A stretch of DNA of 64,000 nt from an uncultured bacterium (GTDB lineage Bacteria > Fidelibacterota > Marinisomatia > Marinisomatales > TCS56): the NCBI GenBank assembly GCA_964410945.1, contig CAYPJE010000004.1, positions 24,240 to 88,239 of the forward strand, written 5' to 3'. Positions within the stretch are counted from its first letter, which is position 1. Each line of letters begins with the position of its first letter. Position numbers and translations under genes: made by a program. The notes beneath the pieces were generated by a model. That model saw only the letters and a list, made by a program, of their open reading frames with translations. It had not been told where the DNA came from and searched no databases. Of the stretch, positions 56,967-64,000 are shown one piece after another.

Positions 56967-57046
56967 TTAGGAACAGAAAGGGTTGTTAGAGTAATAAAAT
57001 TCAACTCAGGTATTTCATATTTACCCTGCAGATTCTAAAATTGAAC

Positions 57047-60000
57047 ATGCTAAAATATGATTCCACATCGAAGCCCAAGTTCAGATTTCAGGACCTCATG
57101 CTGCACCGGGTTTATGAAATCCTGCTCGTGGCCAGCCCATATGATGCTTATATCCTGGAAGAAGACGGCCAGTTAGCTGAACAGATCATAAACGAATACC
57201 TGGGGATGAATTTTACCGCCGCGCCCCGGCTATGGGTATCACCCACCGCCAGCGATGCGCTGGAATTTTTAACCAAACGCAAATTTGACCTGATCATTGT
57301 CATGTCGCGCATTTCGGACATGGATCCCATTACATTCAGTAAAAAAATCAAAGAACTATATCCCAAGAAACCAATCATTCTACTGGCAGCCGATGAGTCC
57401 GAATTAAATCAACTGCCGGCTTTCGACCTTCAATCCAGTAAACCGATCAACAAGGTCTTTATCTGGACCGGAAACGCCAACCTGTTCCCAACCATTATCA
57501 AATATTACGAAGACCGGAAAAATGTCAAGCGCGATGTTAAGCTGGGTGAAGTACGTATTATCATCGTAATTGAGGATACTCCACGCGATTATTCGGTCAT
57601 TCTGCCACTGATCTATAAAACCATTGTCGAATATACCAATCAGCTGATGTCTAAAAGCCTGAATGCAGGGCAGAGATTGCTGCATTTACGGGGCCGGCCA
57701 AAGATCATTCTCACCAGCAATTATGAAGAGGCTCAGAGGTACTACCGCAAATATAGATCAAACGTACTGGGAATTATCTCCGACATCAATTTCCCTAAGG
57801 ACGGGAAAAAGGATCCTCTGGCGGGAGTTAAATTCGCCAAATGGGTGCGTAAACAGGAATCGACAATGCCCATCATGCTACAATCCAGGAATCAGGATGT
57901 TCATGAACTGGCCGAGGAAATCAATGCACATTTCCTGTATAAAAAATCCACCCGCCTGCTGCGGGACATCCAGGAATTCGTGATTACAAATTTTGGGTTT
58001 GGCAATTTCATTTTCCGTTCGCCTGACGGAACACCTATTGCGATGGCAGCTAACCTGGATGAATTGATGCAAATCCTGGGCACCATCAACGATGAATCTT
58101 TCGCCTACCATTCCAGTTATAATCATTTTTCCAACTGGCTGTCGGCTCGCGGCGAATTCCTGGCTGCGTCAAAAATCCGACCTCTCAAGCAGGAAGACTT
58201 CGATACAATCGAAGAACACCGAAATGAAATCATCCGCTTTATTGAAGAAAGTCAGGTCAAACATCTTGACGAAGAACTGGTAGATTTTTCAGTTGATTCA
58301 TTCAATGCTTCAATCAATTTCACACGCTTCGCATCCGGATCGCTGGGTGGTAAGGCCCGGGGGCTGACCTTTGCTGGACAATTATTAGTTGATTCTGGGA
58401 TTCGTGGGAAATACCCGGAAATAACGATCCGAGTTCCCCAGGTGGCAATCATTGGAACCGATGAATTCGACCGCTTCATGAATGACAACCAGCTATGGGG
58501 ACCGGTTCTATCGGTTACCGATAATCAAGAAATAAACAGACTTTTTCTCGAAGCCCGGTTTTCAAATGAACTGATCAATCCGCTAAAAATCTATCTTTCT
58601 AAAATAAACTATCCCGTTGCAGTTCGTTCCTCAAGCCTGCTTGAGGACTCCCAGTACCAGCCTCTGGCAGGTCTGTACACCACTTATATGTACCCTAATA
58701 ATAATGAGTCACTGGACATTCGCGTGGCTGAATTATGCATTCTGATCAAACTTGTCTATGCGTCGATGTTCCATAAAGAACCCCGGGCTATCCTTACCAA
58801 CAGTACCCGTCGCCTGGAAGAAGAAAAAATGGCGGTAGTGATACAGGAATTAATCGGTCAGAAACATGCTGATTATTTCTATCCGACTTTCAGCGGGGTT
58901 TGCCAGAATTATAATTATTATCCGGTTTCCTATATGAAACGTGAAGAGGGTGCCGCCTTTCTCGCACTTGGCTTGGGGCGAACGGTAGTCGAAGGGGAAA
59001 AAGCTCTCCGGTTTTCGCCAAAATACCCGGCAATCCTACCTCAGTTTTATTCGGTCAGGGCAACGATTGCCTCCTCGCAGAATTCCTTCTATGCCCTGAA
59101 ATTAATCGAAAAACAGTATAAATCGGATTATTCCGAATTGATCGACCTGGAGAAGCTTCCCCTGTCGGTTGCTGAACAGGACGGTGTCCTGAAACATGTT
59201 GCCAGCGTGGTCTGTTCACAGGATTCGGTAATTCGCGATTCTTTGAGTTATGACGGAACCCGGGTAGTTACTTTTGCACCTATTCTCAAATGGCGGAAAA
59301 TTCAATTGGCTGAAATTCTGAATGAGATTCTGGATATTGGTCGCCATGCTTTGGGTGGCCCGGTCGAGATTGAGTTTGCCGTAAATATCTTCCCGGGCAC
59401 GAGCCGCAAACCGGAATTCTGCCTGCTGCAGATCCGCCCCATGCATTCATCCAATCTGAACACTGATATCGATCTGATCACAGCCGAATCCGAAGATATT
59501 GTTGCCCGCAGCCACATTACACTCGGGGATGGTACCATTGACAATATTTACAATATTGTTTTCATTGATAAGGATAGTTTTAATCCAGCCAAAAGCGAAG
59601 ATATCGCCCGTGAAATCGATACTTTCAACCAACGGCTGGGAAATCAAAGACCCTATATATTGATCGGTCCGGGACGCTGGGGATCGGCTGATCCATGGTT
59701 AGGTGTTCCGGTCCGCTGGGACCAGATCAGCAATGCTAAAGTGATAGTTGAGGTAGGGTTAGATAAGTATAATATTGATCCATCTTTCGGTAGTCATTTT
59801 TTCCAGATTGTAACAGGAATGAAAATCGCTTACTTCACGATCAACCCCAAAAATAAGGAAGACTCAATCAACTGGGATTGGCTTGCAGATAAAGAGCCTG
59901 TCGACAGTACCGAATTCATCCGTTGGATTCAGCTGGATCAACCAATTACCGTGCATGTTGACGGCATATCCGGAAAGGGCGTAATTAAAAAACCGGATGA

Positions 60001-60052
60001 AAACATAACCGATTTTGAACCAATGGATGAGCAGGAATCCACCGGGATCTGA
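57047..60052 (+). CDS. Large protein with a pseudo-receiver, a receiver and a PPDK/PEP-synthase-type ATP-grasp (PEP/pyruvate-binding) domain
   Basis: 1001 aa counted from the ATG at 57047. REC-like domain 1 contains ILLVASPYD and DLIIVMSRISD, where Met occupies the acceptor position. REC-like domain 2 contains IIIVIEDTP, LGIISDINFP, PIMLQS and FLYKK. The ATP-grasp motifs are SLGGKARGL and VAVRSSSLLEDSQYQPLAGLYTTY. I saw no GGxTSHAAI phosphohistidine motif. Confidence 0.8.
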   Translation: MLKYDSTSKPKFRFQDLMLHRVYEILLVASPYDAYILEEDGQLAEQIINEYLGMNFTAAPRLWVSPTASDALEFLTKRKFDLIIVMSRISDMDPITFSKKIKELYPKKPIILLAADESELNQLPAFDLQSSKPINKVFIWTGNANLFPTIIKYYEDRKNVKRDVKLGEVRIIIVIEDTPRDYSVILPLIYKTIVEYTNQLMSKSLNAGQRLLHLRGRPKIILTSNYEEAQRYYRKYRSNVLGIISDINFPKDGKKDPLAGVKFAKWVRKQESTMPIMLQSRNQDVHELAEEINAHFLYKKSTRLLRDIQEFVITNFGFGNFIFRSPDGTPIAMAANLDELMQILGTINDESFAYHSSYNHFSNWLSARGEFLAASKIRPLKQEDFDTIEEHRNEIIRFIEESQVKHLDEELVDFSVDSFNASINFTRFASGSLGGKARGLTFAGQLLVDSGIRGKYPEITIRVPQVAIIGTDEFDRFMNDNQLWGPVLSVTDNQEINRLFLEARFSNELINPLKIYLSKINYPVAVRSSSLLEDSQYQPLAGLYTTYMYPNNNESLDIRVAELCILIKLVYASMFHKEPRAILTNSTRRLEEEKMAVVIQELIGQKHADYFYPTFSGVCQNYNYYPVSYMKREEGAAFLALGLGRTVVEGEKALRFSPKYPAILPQFYSVRATIASSQNSFYALKLIEKQYKSDYSELIDLEKLPLSVAEQDGVLKHVASVVCSQDSVIRDSLSYDGTRVVTFAPILKWRKIQLAEILNEILDIGRHALGGPVEIEFAVNIFPGTSRKPEFCLLQIRPMHSSNLNTDIDLITAESEDIVARSHITLGDGTIDNIYNIVFIDKDSFNPAKSEDIAREIDTFNQRLGNQRPYILIGPGRWGSADPWLGVPVRWDQISNAKVIVEVGLDKYNIDPSFGSHFFQIVTGMKIAYFTINPKNKEDSINWDWLADKEPVDSTEFIRWIQLDQPITVHVDGISGKGVIKKPDENITDFEPMDEQESTGI

Positions 60053-60073
60053 TCAACCCAAAGGGTATGAAAT

Positions 60074-60105
60074 AAAAAACGGGAGCAAATTGCTCCCGTT
60101 TTTTA
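60074..60105. terminator. Bidirectional rho-independent terminator between the convergent REC-PPDK_N gene and gdhA
   Basis: The sequence is AAAAAA-CGGGAGCA-aat-TGCTCCCG-TTTTTTA. The stem is a perfect 8 bp. Confidence 0.8.
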
Positions 60106-60120
60106 TTGATAAATGGTCTA

Positions 60121-61488
<1,368 letters not shown>

Positions 61489-61536
61489 TTATTTATGTAA
61501 AAGAACCAGCCTATTGAATATTTATCCAATATTTAC

Positions 61537-61552
61537 TGTGAATGAGTTTACA
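61537..61552. promoter_or_regulatory. CRP/FNR-family-type palindrome upstream of gdhA
   Basis: TGTGA-ATGAGT-TTACA matches TGTGA-N6-TCACA at 9 of 10 positions. It also reads GTG-N8-TAC, one mismatch from the NtcA-type GTA-N8-TAC. It lies about 80 nt upstream of the gdhA ATG at 61458. Confidence 0.25.
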
Positions 61553-61721
61553 AAGAAAAAATAATTCGCAACTATAAATACCGGATAAACAGGTATTATT
61601 TTTAGGGGATAATTTCATGGCCGGAATTTGGGCTGAACGGTCGATGTTTTCCTTTGTTATCTGCTCACGCAGAAATAATTTCAGCGCGCTTATTAACAGC
61701 TCATTTTACAAATTCAGCATT

Positions 61722-61795
61722 GGCGGAGTAGCTCAGTTGGTTAGAGCAGCGGAATCATAATCCGCGTGTCGGGGGTTCGAGTCCCTCCTCCGCTA
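61722..61795 (+). tRNA. tRNA-Met (anticodon CAT), elongator-type; tRNA-Ile2 (lysidine) cannot be excluded
   Basis: The sequence is GGCGGAGTAGCTCAGTTGGTTAGAGCAGCGGAATCATAATCCGCGTGTCGGGGGTTCGAGTCCCTCCTCCGCTA. The anticodon stem lacks the three G:C pairs of initiator tRNA. No CCA is encoded. Confidence 0.88.
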
Positions 61796-61915
61796 CACTC
61801 TTCATGCAACAGGCTACTTAATCATCTTCCAACTAATTGGAATTTCGCATAGCAAACAATCCTGATAGCTTTTTTTACTTATTACTGATTACTCCTCACT
61901 CATAACCCAAAGAAT

Positions 61916-62986
61916 ATGAAAATCGGACTCACCGGACTTCCCAACTGCGGCAAAACTACAATCTTCAATGCTTTAACCGAATCAGATGTCCCGATCGGTT
62001 CATATGCGGACGGGAAAGCAGAACCGCTGCAGGCAATTATTAAAGTGCCGGATCAACGTATCGATGCCTTATCCGATCTCTACCAGCCAAAGAAAACAAC
62101 TTATGCCACCGTGGAATTGACTGATTTTCCAGCCACCCTTGATAAAACTGATGATTCCGCTGCCTTGAGTCCGAATACAATCCGACTGAGTAAAAACCTC
62201 GATGCCCTGGCCATTGTGATACGGAATTTTGAAGATGAACTGCTTGGTGCACCGGAACCACTCAATGATCTGTCGGCTATTTACAGTGAACTGCTGCTGT
62301 CAGACCTGTTACTGGTCGAGAACCGCCTGGAAAAGATCGCCTGGTCCCAGCAGAGAGGTTTGAAATCAGGAGAGATGGAAAATGAAGAAAAGATACTCCT
62401 GCATCTCAAAGACCAGTTGGATCAGGAATTACCCCTGTCTTCACTTGTAATATCAGCTGCTGACCAGAAGATCATCCGGGGATTTCAATTCCTGACTCAG
62501 AAACCGACAATCCTGGTATTAAACTCCGGGGAGGGCCGTTTCAATACCGAAGCCAGGCTGCTTGATCAGCTCAACGCTAATTACCCAACAATCGAATTCG
62601 CCGGTAAATTCGAAATGGAATTGATTCAATTCGATGACCTGGAAGAAAAGATGCTGTTCATGGATGATATGGGGATCAGTGCATCGGCCCGTGACCGCCT
62701 GGCCCGCACAGTCTATGACATCTTGGGATATATCAGTTTTTTCACCGTGGGCGAAGATGAAGTCCGGGCCTGGAATGTTAAAAACGATGCTACGGCTGTC
62801 GATGCCGCCGGCACCATTCACACCGATCTGGCCCGCGGATTCATCCGGGCCGAATGTTTCCATTATGACGATCTGATGACTGCCGGCAGTGAAGCCGGTG
62901 TGAAGAAAAGCGGCCGCTTCCGCCTGGAGGGGAAAACTTACCTGGTACAAGATGGAGATATACTCAGTATCCGCTTTAATGTCTAA
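61916..62986 (+). CDS. ychF: YchF/OLA1-family P-loop protein with divergent switch regions
   Basis: 356 aa. The P-loop is GLPNCGKTTIFNALT. The C-terminal TGS-like block is RAWNVKNDATAVDAAGTIHTDLARGFIRAE...LEGKTYLVQDGDILSIRFNV. The G3 position reads TDFPA instead of VDIAG. Confidence 0.8.
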   Translation: MKIGLTGLPNCGKTTIFNALTESDVPIGSYADGKAEPLQAIIKVPDQRIDALSDLYQPKKTTYATVELTDFPATLDKTDDSAALSPNTIRLSKNLDALAIVIRNFEDELLGAPEPLNDLSAIYSELLLSDLLLVENRLEKIAWSQQRGLKSGEMENEEKILLHLKDQLDQELPLSSLVISAADQKIIRGFQFLTQKPTILVLNSGEGRFNTEARLLDQLNANYPTIEFAGKFEMELIQFDDLEEKMLFMDDMGISASARDRLARTVYDILGYISFFTVGEDEVRAWNVKNDATAVDAAGTIHTDLARGFIRAECFHYDDLMTAGSEAGVKKSGRFRLEGKTYLVQDGDILSIRFNV

Positions 62987-62994
62987 TTTAGAGC

Positions 62995-63546
62995 ATGCAT
63001 CGCCGAGCCCTGCTCAACTTACTAGACCGATACGAACCATTTAATGCCACTGACCAGGCGGCTTTATCAACCATCCGCGATTTTGTTCGATCCGGCCCCA
63101 ATTGTTTCCTTCGCAGCAACTTAACCGGCCATCTCACCGCTTCGGCCTGGATTGTTGATAAAGATTACACTTCCACCCTGCTGATACACCACCGCAAACT
63201 GGACAAGTGGATTCAATGCGGCGGCCATGCCGATGGTGAAACCGACCTGCTGGCCGCCAGTCTAAAGGAAGCCCGGGAAGAAACCGGTCTATCTTCTCTG
63301 GTAGCCGAAACCCCCTCCATTTTCGACCTGGACGTCCACTCAATTCCAAAACATGATTACGTACCTGAGCATCTGCATTATGACGTGCGCTACCTGTTAC
63401 AAGCGGATATTAGTGAAGCGTTACAACCCAATGATCGTGAAGCAATCGATCTGCGCTGGTTTGCGCTTAACGAAGTAGCAAAGATTAATAACAATGAATC
63501 GATAACCCGCATGGTACAAAAAACACGACAATGGAAATCCAAATGA
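62995..63546 (+). CDS. NUDIX hydrolase
   Basis: 183 aa. The Nudix box is GGHADGETDLLAASLKEAREETGL. Confidence 0.85.
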   Translation: MHRRALLNLLDRYEPFNATDQAALSTIRDFVRSGPNCFLRSNLTGHLTASAWIVDKDYTSTLLIHHRKLDKWIQCGGHADGETDLLAASLKEAREETGLSSLVAETPSIFDLDVHSIPKHDYVPEHLHYDVRYLLQADISEALQPNDREAIDLRWFALNEVAKINNNESITRMVQKTRQWKSK

Positions 63547-63878
63547 TATCTGCCCCAACCATGGCTGCCCTGCTGGACAGCATCAAAGACCCCATCCTGT
63601 TTGTAGATAATGGTCATACCATCCGTTACATGAATAAGGCCGCCGAAAAACATTATAAAGAAGGCCGCAGACTGCTGGGGCAGTCGATCATGGATTGCCA
63701 TAATAAGGAATCCTGTAAAATGATGTATGAGATATACGCAAAAATGCAGGCCGGCCTGGATGAGGAAAAAATAACGGATGATGAAAAGCAGCGCATTTTC
63801 ATGCGGGCTGTACGGGATGAAAATGGAATTTTGCTGGGATACTATGAACGGTACGAGTGGAAGAATCAAGATAAATGA
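63531..63878 (+). CDS. Small stand-alone PAS-like protein
   Basis: The block LLDSIKDPILFVDNGHTIRYMNKAAEKHYKEGRRLLGQSIMDCH...RAVRDENGILLGYYE resembles PAS_10-type domains. An alternative ATG at 63543 forms an ATGA overlap with the Nudix stop. Confidence 0.6.
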   Translation: MEIQMISAPTMAALLDSIKDPILFVDNGHTIRYMNKAAEKHYKEGRRLLGQSIMDCHNKESCKMMYEIYAKMQAGLDEEKITDDEKQRIFMRAVRDENGILLGYYERYEWKNQDK

Positions 63879-63897
63879 TAAAAGTAAAAAGATAAAC

Positions 63898-63999
63898 CTA
63901 ATAGGAATTGAATCTGTTAGTATTCACAAAACCCTTACCGAATAAATTATAGAGTAACATCCTAACTGCTTCCTGTCTCAATTGCTCCAATTCTTTACC
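63898..63999 (-). CDS. Possible 3' end of a minus-strand CDS that continues beyond the right window edge
   Basis: The minus frame is open from the window edge to the TAG at 63900-63898. The 33 codons read GKELEQLRQEAVRMLLYNLFGKGFVNTNRFNSY. This is too short to assess. Confidence 0.25.
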   Translation of the reverse strand, partial: GKELEQLRQEAVRMLLYNLFGKGFVNTNRFNSY

Positions 64000-64000
64000 G

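Noticed and set aside
61590-61625. Hairpin AATACC-ggataaaca-GGTATT followed by a T-run, seen as a possible plus-strand terminator upstream of tRNA-Met
   Set aside because: The stem is a 6-bp AT-rich one, and there is no upstream plus-strand gene to terminate. It is probably fortuitous in AT-rich intergenic DNA.

Overview
This window is a gene-dense and mostly housekeeping chromosomal segment: about 66 CDS and 3 tRNAs, with no rRNA. I found no CRISPR array, transposase, integrase or recognisable defence system. The host looks like a Gram-negative bacterium of the FCB-superphylum type. The grounds are a PorV/PorQ-type barrel, a GWxTD protein, FTSC/LTGC lipoboxes and a dockerin-tagged S8 protease. 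This taxonomic call is inference only.

Confidently recognised genes:
- Cell shape: mreB-mreC-mreD-mrdA-rodA.
- Central metabolism: glyA, gdhA, murA, aroK, acpS and pgk-tpiA-secG-tRNA-Leu(GAG).
- Redox and translation: trxA-trxB, tyrS, smpB.
- Potassium uptake: trkA-trkH.
- DNA repair: recN, uvrC, dinB.
- Transport: a TatT-type TRAP transporter.
- Other: a small HSP, a crotonase and a methylmalonyl-CoA epimerase.

Positions 1-30904 carry 29 consecutive minus-strand genes.

I could not identify one clear-cut novel system. The most unusual items, all needing database or experimental confirmation, are:
1. Apparent pseudoenzymes. These are an M6-like protein with MLFGF where HExxH is expected, and an isopropylmalate/isocitrate-dehydrogenase homolog lacking the metal-binding Asp pair. 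The latter is translationally coupled to secreted GWxTD and beta-propeller proteins. Two more are an ABC ATPase without the catalytic Glu and H-loop, and a YchF-like protein with degenerate switch motifs.
2. Two genes, dinB and comF, whose conserved N-terminal motifs lie upstream of any ATG/GTG/TTG. dinB has an ATT 6 nt after an AGGAG.
3. A 1001-aa protein combining a pseudo-receiver, a receiver and a PPDK-type ATP-grasp domain, with no visible phosphohistidine domain.
4. An uncharacterised envelope gene trio next to an N-terminal-domain-only GlgA homolog.
5. A PorV-like barrel with an Asp-rich, Ca-binding-like insertion.

All coordinates and translations were read by eye from the sequence and the ORF track. 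No searches were run.
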